A stretch of 41,164 nt of DNA from Alphaproteobacteria bacterium (GTDB lineage Bacteria > Pseudomonadota > Alphaproteobacteria > RF32 > CAG-239). The DNA lies in NCBI GenBank assembly GCA_017543835.1, contig JAFYFJ010000065.1:1-41164 (forward strand), in the 5' to 3' direction. The notes below the pieces were generated by a model. The model was not told the DNA's origin, searched no databases, and saw only the letters and a list, made by a program, of their open reading frames with translations. Position numbers and translations under genes: made by a program. Positions 17,393 through 27,900 of the stretch are shown piece by piece (the stretch's first letter is position 1; the number at the start of each line of letters is the position of its first letter).

Positions 17393-18591
17393 CAGATTTT
17401 CTTTTCAATCAGGGCTTTGTTGCGCAAATCTTTCATATATTTGATGGCATATTCTTCAAATTTTTTATTTTCGAGATAGCTGCGAACTTCTCTTTTGCCC
17501 GGCAGTTTCGCGGTATCTGTTTTCGGGTTAAAGATTTTTTCAAGCTTCAATATATAATAATCGTTGCCATATAAAATCGGGTCGGTCACGCCGCCTTCCG
17601 GTAATCTCAAAACAGCATTTTCAAGCGGAGCCGGCAAGCGTCCTTTCAGCACCCAACCCAAGTGACCGCCGTTTGATGCGGTCGGGCTTTGCGAGAATTG
17701 CATAGCATAAAGTTCAAAACGGGAATCTTGGCGCAAAACCTCGGCAAGCGGTCTTAAATCTTTGGCATCTTTCTTGTTGATGACAATTTCCGAAACCATA
17801 TATTTTTGCGTTTTCATATCTTTGCGGATATCATCGTAGGCGCGTTGAATATCGTTTTCCCCGACGTTTATGTAACTGCGGGCCTTTTGTTGAACCAATT
17901 TGCGCCACGCCAAATCGGATTCGACCTGACCGGTCCATACATTCATCTGAACATTACCCTCAGCCAAGGCCTGTCTGAGTTGTCCCGGTTGCATATTGTT
18001 GGCTTGCTCAAAATTGCGCACGGCTTGATTGATTTCTTTGCGTGAAACGATAATGTTGTTTTTCTTGGCTTCTTGAATTTTCAGCTTTTCATCAATAGCC
18101 CCTTGCAACACGCGGTTGGTAATCATCTTTTTGGTTTTTTCGTTATACGGAATACCGGTGGTCAGAATAAAGGCATTGATACGGCTTTGCATATCGGTGC
18201 TGGTAATCGGCTCGCCGTTGACAAGCGCATAGATTTTGAGTTTGTTGCCGTAAAGCGTTATCGGTTTAAGCTCCTCGGCACGTTTGCGTGCGGCTTCTTC
18301 TTCGGCACGACGTTGCGCTTCCATTTGCGCCTGATAACGTTCGTATTCGGCTTTTTTGCGGGCGTATTCTTCGGCCTGTTTGCGCATTTGTTCGCGTTGT
18401 TTTTCAATCTCGGCCTTTTGGGCATCGGTCAGATTACGATATTCATTAGCGTTGCGTCGAAACATAATCGAATTGCTGTTCGGTTGCGCCGCACGAATAG
18501 ACGAATCAAGTTGTTTCATATCTAACTGTGCCAAAGTCGGATTCGCACCAAAAAGTAAAACAATGCTTGCAAACAATATTATTTTTTTCAT
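17392..18591 (-). CDS. surA: SurA-family periplasmic chaperone / parvulin PPIase with N-terminal coiled-coil extension
   Basis: Signal peptide, ALVNGEPIT..D, IDEKLKIQEA, FSQSPTA.NGG.LGWV, Y...LR.KA.IE; lies between lptD and rsmA. Confidence 0.85.
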   Translation of the reverse strand: MKKIILFASIVLLFGANPTLAQLDMKQLDSSIRAAQPNSNSIMFRRNANEYRNLTDAQKAEIEKQREQMRKQAEEYARKKAEYERYQAQMEAQRRAEEEAARKRAEELKPITLYGNKLKIYALVNGEPITSTDMQSRINAFILTTGIPYNEKTKKMITNRVLQGAIDEKLKIQEAKKNNIIVSRKEINQAVRNFEQANNMQPGQLRQALAEGNVQMNVWTGQVESDLAWRKLVQQKARSYINVGENDIQRAYDDIRKDMKTQKYMVSEIVINKKDAKDLRPLAEVLRQDSRFELYAMQFSQSPTASNGGHLGWVLKGRLPAPLENAVLRLPEGGVTDPILYGNDYYILKLEKIFNPKTDTAKLPGKREVRSYLENKKFEEYAIKYMKDLRNKALIEKKI

Positions 18592-18611
18592 CTTTTTTCC
18601 TTATGTTGTTA

Positions 18612-20894
18612 TTATGAACCGAAGCTACCGATAGTCTTGAGATAAAAGGTTGTGCTGAATTCATAATCATTATCTAAGTTCGGATTGCTCGTGTTGTATT
18701 TTTTAAAGCTCACATCCCATCTGAAGCACTCGTCATCATATATCACTTTTCCGCCATGTTCAAGTCTGCCGCGATGTTTTTTTGTTAAATCTTTTAAATT
18801 ATAAAGTGAAAAACTCCAGTTTTCGCTGACTTTGACCCTAACCGAAGTGCGAAGTTCTTTGCGCTCGGAATACAAATTATAATAACGCGTGTTACCCTGC
18901 AAAAAGATGTAAGAAGCATTAAACTTCAAAAATGCGGGACCGACCGATGAACTGAGTTCGCTGTATTTGGCATCGAGGTCTTTGCGGTCTAAGCGAAAAC
19001 GATATTGCAAGCTTAAGTATTCGTTCGGTGTGGCATTGATGCGCCCGACAAAGTCGCTGAAGTGCGAATTATCTTCGCTGTCCAAGCCCTGTAAAAAGGT
19101 TGAATGCTCGTCTTGTTCCAAACTTTGCGCAATAAAGGCCGATGTTTTGCCGAAGATATTGCCGTAAGAATTCCAGCGGAATCCGTAACTGACGCGGCTG
19201 CCGGTATCGTTTCGGTCATAACCGGAGTAGCGGTCTAAATCCAAAACGTTGGTATCGTCAAAATAAACATCTTCACTATCTTCGTTCGGAATTTTTTCGA
19301 TTTTGTTGCCGCCGTTCGGAGCCGCTACCGCGACAATGACCGGCTCAATGATTTGCCGCGATGTTTCGGTTGCCCGAACAAACGGCAGACGCCACTCAAG
19401 CCCTGCCTGCGGGAAAAAACGCGCCGTTGTGCCGGTGTAGGTATCATTATCCGTATAATGATAACGGTTCACATAATAAGCATCGGATTTTAAGGATGCG
19501 ACAAATCTGTATTTTTCGCCGTAAATCGAAGTGTATGGGAGTTCCCACGCATTAATCGATGTAACGCGTTGCGTTTCGGAGCCGTTGCGGTGATAAACGG
19601 AGGCCGTGCCGAATTCGTTGCGCAGATGCGAACCCCAAATCAGCGGGTCTGAATAAAACTCTGCTTCAATCAACGGTGCCACCGTCGGCTTTTGAGAATT
19701 AAGCGCATGAAAACGACGCACACTGCGGCGATGCAGGTTATAGCTCAAAATTTTGTAATAATAGGCGTCGATGCCCACATAATCGCGACCGGAAAAACGT
19801 TCGAACTTAACATTGGAATTAAGCCACGCATCATCTTGATTCGGCAAGTCCAAATCTTTCAGATAAACATAGTCCGAGGCATAGCGCCAGTCGTATGTTA
19901 AGCGCCAAGAATCATTGATGTCGTAACGACCTTTGGCAATAAAGTTGCCGCGATTTTTCGGCCGTTTCTTTTCGTTATCCTTTAAATACGAACCGGACAA
20001 ATATACATCCGCATTGTAGAAATAGTGCGAAAATTCGCCGCTCCACACCGGATTTTTGTTGGTTGAAAAAATCGGCGAGAACAAAACATTGGTCTGGTCA
20101 TTAACCGCCCAAAAATAACGCGGTTGAATATAGGCGTCCAAAAAGCTCGAACTGCCGATGGTCGGTGCAAGCAAGCCCGAGCGACGTTTAACCGTCGGGT
20201 CCGGATGCGTCATAAACGGCGTATAAAAAATCGGTATACGTTTGAAATAAACAAGCGCGTGGTTATAATACACATTTTGCGTTTCTTCATTGTGTTGAAC
20301 TTTACTTGCCTTAATTTGCCACAACGGACTTTTGCCTTCGCACACATCGCAGGCCGTATAAGAGGCCTTGCGCATAACTTTGGTATGGTTGTTCTTTTTG
20401 CGGAAACTTTTGGCCGTCACCAGCGATTTGTCTTTCAAAAAGGCCTTGATGTTAAACATATCGCCGACCGACATATTTTCGGACAGCACGATTTTATCAC
20501 CGTTAATCACCGAGCCGTCGGCGGCATAGAGGATAACATTGCCCAATGCCGTAACGGTGTCGGCATTTTCATCATACACCAACTTATCGGTCAAAAGGCG
20601 CATTTCTTCATATTTGATTTCGACATTACCGCTGGCCGTGATGATGTTGTTTTTATCGTCGTTTGTCATCTCGTCGGCGCTGAAGTCTATCGGCTCATCT
20701 TCGGCGGTTGCATTCGGCTTATCGGCAACGGTTTTGAAGTCCGCAATATTGTTGGAAACATACATCTCGGCGCTCGGATGCGTTTCTTCTTTGGTGCGAA
20801 ATTCTCCGGCTTCGGGAACAACAAATGCCGTCGCCGTTTTGAGCGAGAAAACGGTCATAATCAGTAAAATCGGAACAACTAATCTATACTTCAT
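18612..20894 (-). CDS. lptD: LPS assembly outer-membrane protein LptD
   Basis: OstA-like N-terminus (FSADEM, ASGNVEI), YTAC.VC...PLWQIKA, HPDPTVKRRSGLL.P, IPNEDS, RYSGYDR, YDDECF. Confidence 0.95.
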   Translation of the reverse strand: MKYRLVVPILLIMTVFSLKTATAFVVPEAGEFRTKEETHPSAEMYVSNNIADFKTVADKPNATAEDEPIDFSADEMTNDDKNNIITASGNVEIKYEEMRLLTDKLVYDENADTVTALGNVILYAADGSVINGDKIVLSENMSVGDMFNIKAFLKDKSLVTAKSFRKKNNHTKVMRKASYTACDVCEGKSPLWQIKASKVQHNEETQNVYYNHALVYFKRIPIFYTPFMTHPDPTVKRRSGLLAPTIGSSSFLDAYIQPRYFWAVNDQTNVLFSPIFSTNKNPVWSGEFSHYFYNADVYLSGSYLKDNEKKRPKNRGNFIAKGRYDINDSWRLTYDWRYASDYVYLKDLDLPNQDDAWLNSNVKFERFSGRDYVGIDAYYYKILSYNLHRRSVRRFHALNSQKPTVAPLIEAEFYSDPLIWGSHLRNEFGTASVYHRNGSETQRVTSINAWELPYTSIYGEKYRFVASLKSDAYYVNRYHYTDNDTYTGTTARFFPQAGLEWRLPFVRATETSRQIIEPVIVAVAAPNGGNKIEKIPNEDSEDVYFDDTNVLDLDRYSGYDRNDTGSRVSYGFRWNSYGNIFGKTSAFIAQSLEQDEHSTFLQGLDSEDNSHFSDFVGRINATPNEYLSLQYRFRLDRKDLDAKYSELSSSVGPAFLKFNASYIFLQGNTRYYNLYSERKELRTSVRVKVSENWSFSLYNLKDLTKKHRGRLEHGGKVIYDDECFRWDVSFKKYNTSNPNLDNDYEFSTTFYLKTIGSFGS

Positions 20895-22014
20895 ATTGCA
20901 ATTCCTTTGTGCCTTTCAAACGATGAAAATAAAACGGGTTGTAAAAGAGCAAAAGATAAACGCATATCACTAGCGGCAACAGGCAGTTAGCATATAACAG
21001 CGGCAAAAACAGCAAAAAGCGTCCTGCCAAGTTGGTCAGCGCCAAATCGGCACCGACAACCGCAATCATGCAAATCACTTCAACGGCCACGATTTTGGTT
21101 TGTCCGCGGCGGTTAAAATTGCTGATAAGGAGACCGGTGCAGGCAATAAGCGCCAACACCAGATTAAGCCACGGATACAAAATGCGGCGATGTCCTTCCA
21201 CCACATATTTGCGCACGTCGGCGGCGGATAAAGATTTGTCGTCGGCCGCGTTTATCAACTCCCAAAAGTTCTTTTCGCGCACGGTTTGTTCTTTGCGTTT
21301 GCTACCGCTGCCGGAGTTAAACTCGGCCGAGTAGCGCGAGAACGAAAGCATACTGAATTTGTTGGTTTTTTTATCTATTTCTTGTCGCACGCCGTTGATG
21401 AACAAAATACGCGAGCCCTTCGGTGACTGAATCAGCCGCCCTTTCTCCGCGGTCAATGTGACTTTGACGTTCGGTTTTGATTCGTCGCTGACAAAGATTC
21501 CCGACACCGAGCCGTCGTTTTCGTGCTTGTCGATAAACACCGTGATGCCGTTTTTGAGCGATGTAAATTCGCCCTCACGAAAGACGGCTTGTGTCATATT
21601 GTTTTGCACTTGCCACTCCAATTCGCGAAACTTTTGCTCGGAAGCCGGAATGCCGATGTTCATCACATAAATATTGAACAACGACAGCACCACACCGAGA
21701 ACAACCGCGGCGCGCGCATTTTGCCACGGACTGATGCCGGCGGACTGCATGACAACAAGCTCGCGGTCGGCTATCATACGATTATACACAAACATCACGG
21801 CCACAAACAGCGCAATCGGCGACAGCACGTTAAAAATACGCGGCATCAATAGCGAAGTCATCTCGGCAAACAAATATACCGGCAAACCCTGACGCGTTAC
21901 CATCTCCACAAAACGAAGCGACTGCGTGAGCCACAACATCGCCAGCAGAGAGCACGAAATCAGCACGAAGCCCGTAAAGATTTGTTTTGTAATATATTTG
22001 TTCAATATTCTCAT
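20884..22014 (-). CDS. lptF: LPS export ABC permease LptF
   Basis: WLTQSLRFVE, YNRM.ADRELVVMQSAG.S, FREG.F, TAEKG.L, multiple TM helices. Confidence 0.88.
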   Translation of the reverse strand: MRILNKYITKQIFTGFVLISCSLLAMLWLTQSLRFVEMVTRQGLPVYLFAEMTSLLMPRIFNVLSPIALFVAVMFVYNRMIADRELVVMQSAGISPWQNARAAVVLGVVLSLFNIYVMNIGIPASEQKFRELEWQVQNNMTQAVFREGEFTSLKNGITVFIDKHENDGSVSGIFVSDESKPNVKVTLTAEKGRLIQSPKGSRILFINGVRQEIDKKTNKFSMLSFSRYSAEFNSGSGSKRKEQTVREKNFWELINAADDKSLSAADVRKYVVEGHRRILYPWLNLVLALIACTGLLISNFNRRGQTKIVAVEVICMIAVVGADLALTNLAGRFLLFLPLLYANCLLPLVICVYLLLFYNPFYFHRLKGTKELQYEV

Positions 22015-22095
22015 AGGCGCGATTATAACGGCTATTTTTGCAGATTAAAATAAATATTTGCAAGATATACCCGCATATTTTGCGGCAAAATACAT

Positions 22096-22119
22096 AAAAA
22101 AATCCGGCAAAATGCCGGA
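22096..22119 (-). terminator. Intrinsic terminator after grpE
   Basis: TCCGGCA-TTT-TGCCGGA followed by a T7 run on the minus strand. Confidence 0.75.
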
Positions 22120-22143
22120 CTTGATTTTAGGTTGCGGAAAGCT

Positions 22144-22728
22144 TTATTTCGGGCCGCCTTTGGTCACAACCACCATCGCCTCGCGCAAAATACGGTCGTT
22201 AATCAAATAAGCCGACTGCAACTCGGCAATAACCGTTCCGGCCGGTTTACTCGGGTCTTCGACCTCTTGCACAACCTGCTCGAAATTCGGGTCAAACACC
22301 TTGTCTAAACTATCGATTTTTTTGATACCGAATTTGTTGAACACCTTAGTCAGTTCATTTTGCGTCATTTCCACACCTTCAAGCAAAGATTTGCATTGTT
22401 CGCGATTTTCTGCGGCAACGGATGTGACGGCACGTTGCAAATTATCGGCAACGCTTAAAAGCTCTTTGGCAAACGTTGCAAGTGCAAATTTGGCATTTTT
22501 CTCGATTTCCTGCTGACAACGTTTTTTGGTATTTTCGCTTTCGGCATAAGCGCGCAGATATGCATCTTTTAATTTGGCATTTTCTTCCAAAAGGTGTTGC
22601 AATTTTTCGTCTGCGGATTCGAGTTCTGCCGCATTTTCCTCAACTGTGTCCGATTCGTTTGTCTGTGCTGGAGTTTCCTCTAACTCAGGCTCAAAATCTT
22701 CTGCTTTGTGCGATTTATTCTTTGTCAT
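22144..22728 (-). CDS. grpE: Nucleotide exchange factor GrpE
   Basis: LRA.AE.EN.KKR, FAKELLSVADNL.RA, FDPNF.., YLINDRILR.AMVVV. Confidence 0.96.
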   Translation of the reverse strand: MTKNKSHKAEDFEPELEETPAQTNESDTVEENAAELESADEKLQHLLEENAKLKDAYLRAYAESENTKKRCQQEIEKNAKFALATFAKELLSVADNLQRAVTSVAAENREQCKSLLEGVEMTQNELTKVFNKFGIKKIDSLDKVFDPNFEQVVQEVEDPSKPAGTVIAELQSAYLINDRILREAMVVVTKGGPK

Positions 22729-22881
22729 TTTTCCCTCTTTTACAAAATAAATTAGGCGCTCGTTATATATAAAACTTAGTGTTTAATCCTTTAGAAGTCA
22801 ATACCCGATTTTTTTGTTGAAGATTATAAATAAAAGAATTATATTGTCTGCAGTTAACAATTATTTTCATTAGGGGGCGGA

Positions 22882-24915
22882 ATGTGCGCGGTAGTTATCG
22901 GTGCAGGGCAAAAAATTTTTGAATATTTACCGACGAATTTTAACAAAAAAAAGTTTATTATCAACTACCGTGTAACTAAAAATGATTTGTTGGCACAGAT
23001 GCAAAATATGTCAAAACATCAATGTCTTAACAATTCTCAGTGGCCGCAAATAGATAAAGTCAATGCGTGGATGATAAGTGCCGAAACCGCAACATTTATG
23101 AAGTGTGGCGGGTTGGGAATGGTGGCTTCCGAATTGCCGGAAAACTTCAATGCCGTTTTCGGAAAAGATGCGCACAATATTTCGATTATTACGCCGATGT
23201 ATTTGGGCGATACCGGCCGCAAAAAAGCCGAGTTGACGGATGGCGTTTATATCGGTGCCGAGGGTAAATCGACATCGGTCAAAAAAATCAAAACACTAAA
23301 AGTTCAGTTTGCCGGCAAGCAAAAACTGCGGGCGTTCAGCGCCGATATTTATGAAGGCGAACTCAATGGCGTGACTTATTACTTTGTGCGCTGTGACCAC
23401 TTTTTCGGCATCAATCCGGCCGAGAAAAATCCGTCGGGGCAAATCGGTTGCTATGTGTTGAACAAAGACGGTGTCGATGAGGTTGAGCGTTTTGCCTTTT
23501 TCTCCAAGGTTGTGTATTGCCTGTTGGAAGAATTGGTGCAAAAAACCGATAAACATATTGCCATGCCGAATATTTTGTTGGCAAACGACTGGCACAGCGG
23601 CGCACTTTCGGGTCTAACAAAATATTTGACGCTCGCCAAAGTTTATGTGAAACGTATGAATATGGCGACCGCCGAAAAGTTGCGCAATATTCCGATTATT
23701 CATATTGCGCACCACATGGGGTATCAGGGCTGGGATTACAACAATACTTCGCGGATACTCAATTCGCTTTATGAGGATTTGGCGACACTTGTGCTGAAAA
23801 ATGCCAAAGCGATTAAAAACAGTAATCCGCGCACGCAAAACACGCTCATTGTCAGCGATACCTATAATCAAGCGGCGGCAAATATGCATTTGGCGGATAG
23901 GATTATTACGGTTTCGCGCAATTATATGGAAGAAGTTTCGAGCAACAAAAGTTTCGGATTCGATTTCCGCGATGTGCTGAAAATTCGCAAGAACTACCGC
24001 AATTTTTTGGGTATTGTCAACGGTTACGAAAAACGTCTGATTTCGCCGAATGTCAAGAAAATTCAAGAGATTAACGAATATTTCAAAATTACCGATTTCA
24101 AGGTTTATGACGAGAAAAGTTTGAACATCAAACAGCACAACAAGCGTGAGTGTTTCAAACTGCTGTCGCGTTTGGCAACCGATGAGGCCTACAAAGAAAA
24201 AATGATTCCGCTGATAGACTTGTATCAATTCGATGACATTTCCGCGCTGATTCCGGAAGTCGAGCGGATTCCGGTGATTTGTATGACCAGCCGTATGGTT
24301 GAGCAAAAGGGCTATGACATGGCGATTCACGCGATTTTGCACAATATCGACCGCTATAAAAATGCGCCGGATAATTTCCCGATTTTTATTTTGGGTGGTG
24401 CCGGCAACAAGGATTTATACAGCGATTTGATGATGCTCAAAGACAATACCAAACAGATGTTCCGCGATTTTGCCAAGCGCATTTTCGTGTTCCGCGGTTA
24501 CAAAGATGAGTTTGCTTATTCGGTGCAGTTGGCGGCTGATTTTTATATGATGCCGTCGTATTTTGAACCCTGTGGTTTAACGCAAATGGAAGCCATGGCC
24601 AAAGGCACATTGCCGATAGCGACCTCTACCGGCGGCTTGGTTGACACCATTGAAGACGGCGAAGACGGTTTCCGCACCGAAGCGTTTTTTGCCGACGGCG
24701 AGAAAATCTATGGTGCCAACGCGGCGGCACAACGTTTGCAGAATAATCTCAACGCGTATGAAGATGTGCTCGATAAAGCACTACGTTGTTTTTATGCCGC
24801 GCCGGAGAAAATGCACCAAATGCAACGCAAGGCTATGCAAGACGATTTCAGTTGGTCATCGCCGAATGGTTCGGTGTATAAATACTTTAATTTATTCAAA
24901 ACCGGTATGATTTAA
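22882..24915 (+). CDS. glgA: Glycogen/starch synthase (GT5), unusually long; start codon uncertain
   Basis: E...F.KCGGLG (KxGG), ERFAFFSK, ANDWH, TVSRNY..E, GIVNG, SRMVEQKG.D, MPSYFEPCGLTQMEAM..GT.P...TGGLVDT, DFSW. Confidence 0.85.
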   Translation: MCAVVIGAGQKIFEYLPTNFNKKKFIINYRVTKNDLLAQMQNMSKHQCLNNSQWPQIDKVNAWMISAETATFMKCGGLGMVASELPENFNAVFGKDAHNISIITPMYLGDTGRKKAELTDGVYIGAEGKSTSVKKIKTLKVQFAGKQKLRAFSADIYEGELNGVTYYFVRCDHFFGINPAEKNPSGQIGCYVLNKDGVDEVERFAFFSKVVYCLLEELVQKTDKHIAMPNILLANDWHSGALSGLTKYLTLAKVYVKRMNMATAEKLRNIPIIHIAHHMGYQGWDYNNTSRILNSLYEDLATLVLKNAKAIKNSNPRTQNTLIVSDTYNQAAANMHLADRIITVSRNYMEEVSSNKSFGFDFRDVLKIRKNYRNFLGIVNGYEKRLISPNVKKIQEINEYFKITDFKVYDEKSLNIKQHNKRECFKLLSRLATDEAYKEKMIPLIDLYQFDDISALIPEVERIPVICMTSRMVEQKGYDMAIHAILHNIDRYKNAPDNFPIFILGGAGNKDLYSDLMMLKDNTKQMFRDFAKRIFVFRGYKDEFAYSVQLAADFYMMPSYFEPCGLTQMEAMAKGTLPIATSTGGLVDTIEDGEDGFRTEAFFADGEKIYGANAAAQRLQNNLNAYEDVLDKALRCFYAAPEKMHQMQRKAMQDDFSWSSPNGSVYKYFNLFKTGMI

Positions 24916-24920
24916 TTTTA

Positions 24921-27900
24921 TCAGAAGTGATACTTAAAGTCTAAGTTTGCGTTGGTGTGGGTTGTGCCGTCAATGTAAGAGGCAATTGCACCCATCAGCG
25001 AGAAGTCACTGCCGAAGTTGTAGTCAAAGCCGGCACGAACAACCACACGCTGATTCTTGCGCCGCTCATCGCGGATTTTGAAACTGCCGTTCATGCCCTG
25101 CATTTCAAGCTCGGTCGTGTATGGGTCGGCAAATTCGTGATAAGCCGCAACCCCCGCCCGCATCTGCAACTTGTGATTCGTGCCGAGCGTGATGTTTTTG
25201 TTGGCATAGAGTCCGAGTCCCGCCTCAACCGAATAATTGTTCTGCGACTTGATGCTGAGGGCAAACGGCGCACCATCTTCGTGACCTTTGACGTGGTAGC
25301 CGAGCATATTAAATTCTGCCGCCGGCGATAAACTCCAACCGCCCATATCTATCGGGTAGCGCGTTTCGTTCATCAGGCCCATCATGCGCTTTTCGACCGT
25401 GCCGTCGTAGGTGTGGTTGTAGCCGTTGCGGTCGTATGTGCCGTAAGCGTAACCGAAGCGCGGCGCCGTGATGAACTTAAAGCCGTAGCGGTTGTAGCCG
25501 AACGGAACGGACATTTGGAACGTTTCGTCTTTGCGCGAGTTGTTGTCGTGACGGTCGCGGCTGTTGACATTAGATAATGCCAAACTTAAGCCGACCGATT
25601 TGCGCCCGATACGCGTGTTGTAGAGTGCATAGCGCGCGTTTGAGCCCATACCGCTCTCAAAGTAGAACGGCGCAATACTGCCCGAAGTCGTCAAGTGGGC
25701 GGATTTGTCGTTGAACAGCTTGTCGTTGACATCGGCATTGAGCTCGCGCATCATCGTCATATCTTCAAAATTGAAGCGGTTGAACACATCGTCGGCGGTG
25801 AGGGCGTTAACCGCGGCGTTCAGCGCAACGAGCGAGTCTTTTTCTTTGAGCAGGTTAAAGAGTTCTTCGTTGTTGCCGGCATCGTAATTTTGCTTTAAGA
25901 AGTCTGCCACCGACTGATTTTGCACCACTTCATCAAACGGTTTCATGGTCAAAACGGCATCGGATTCGTTTTGGAGTTCGGCATCAAACAGAGCTGATTG
26001 CGAGAGCAGGTTCAGCCCCGAAACATCGCCGGCATCAATCATATTTTCGACCGTGTAAGTGTCGTCAAAGCCGTCGGTTACGACCTCCGAGCTCATCACC
26101 AAATCACCCGAAAACTCGTTCTCGATTTCAAAATGCGAGGTGTTTGTGGCGATGATGACACCGCCCGTCGACAATGTATCAAGAGAGCGCGACTTCAAGT
26201 TACCGTTTTGGTTAAATGTTGCACCGTTCAGGACAATATAAGGCGAAGCGCCGCAATTTTGCCCGCTACATTCGCCGATACCGGAAATTATAATCGTTCC
26301 CGTATTGGTGACGGCAACTTTAGAACCTTCGGCATAGATACCGTAATTGTTCTCCGAGGCACCGGATATATCAATCGTGCCGGCATTTGTAACCTTGAGG
26401 TTGTCGACATTTTCGGCATAAATTCCGTAAGCTGTATTGCTGCCGGATTTTTCGATTGTAATTGTGCTTCCGCTTGTATTGGTATAAGCGCCTGCCGTAT
26501 CGGCATAGATACCGTATATTGTGCCGGTTGTTTGTCCGTTTATGATTATTGTGCCGTTATTGGAACCGTTTTTGACACCGATGGGATTGTTGCTGTCGGA
26601 GATGGCTATTGTGCCGTAATTGTTACCTTTTTCTACACCGGTGGCCGTATTTGCGGCGCCGAATATTTCTATTGTGCTACCTTTGGCATTGGTGCCGTTT
26701 TTGATACCGACGGATTTTTGACCGCCGGATATGGAAATTCGATTCCTGTTCTCGCCACCATCCATACCGGTTGCCGATGTTGTGATATCTTCCAACGTAA
26801 TTGTGCCGCTATTATTGCTTTCCGAACTGTAAGAACCGGACATTCCGATTGCCGTGGATGCACCGTCTATCGTAATCTTATTTGTATTTATAACGGTAGA
26901 GCCCTCCATACCCGTAACTTTGCCGGTGTTGTTTTGCATCTTAATCGTGCCGCTGTTTTCCGCCGTTCCCTGATATGAATATATGCCGTATATATTACCG
27001 CTTTGATTGTTATTCATTTCTACGGTTCCGATGTTTGCAACGCTTTTATCCGAATATATGCCGTATATACTCTTACTTGAGCCGACATTGTTGTTTCCGT
27101 TTAACGTTACGGTTCCGGCATTAGAGGCATCTTGAGTTCCCAAATTACCGTTAGATACCTTAATTCCCGCTATTTCGCCGTTAGATGCGTTGAGCGTGTT
27201 GTTATTTAAGGTGATGGTTGCACTGGCAGCATTTTGAGCCGTGCCTTGTGCCAAGAACATACCCGTTAAGGTGTTGCCGGAAGTTTTGTTGCTGATTTCT
27301 ATCGAGCCGTTGTTGATTAGCTGACCATCCGGACCATTACTGTTGGCCATGTGCATACCGTATCGATAGTTTGCGCCTACACTATGTGTATCCGTGATAG
27401 TGCCATAATTTTCCAATGTTCCGCTCGTTGCCTGCATACCATAAAAAGAACCGGTTCTATTTCCTGCGTCAATGGTTGTTCCTTGAGGATTGATATTTCT
27501 GTTTGATTCACATCTGCCGCTAACCAGGTCGTAACCGTCTTCGCATTCTTCGCATCCGCCGTAATAAGGTGTATCCGGTGTTCCGATAACAACGCATGTC
27601 GGTGTTGTCGGTGTAGGGGTCAGGCAGTGCATGGCTTCTAATTGCTTTCCTTTTGTTTCGCAATAGCCGGCCGTGTTGGCAACACATTCACCGCTGTCAT
27701 CATTATAGGCCAAATTATTATCCGTGCATTCTGTGCACTTCCATTCTCCGCTTACACAACTTAATGTTTTGCAATAACCCGGTTTGTCCGGCTGCGGGTC
27801 GGTGCACTCTGTCGGGTCGTCAGCTACGCATTTGTCTCCATCAGGATGATATCCTGTTGCGCAGGTTTCGCATTGTTCTCCCTCATAGCCATCTTCACAA

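Noticed and set aside
25998-26978. 326-aa plus-strand ORF and other long antisense ORFs (e.g. 1939-2661, 20124-20867, 23614-24342, 33225-34022, 36649-37398)
   Set aside because: Shadow frames of well-supported genes on the opposite strand, with no motifs or RBS.
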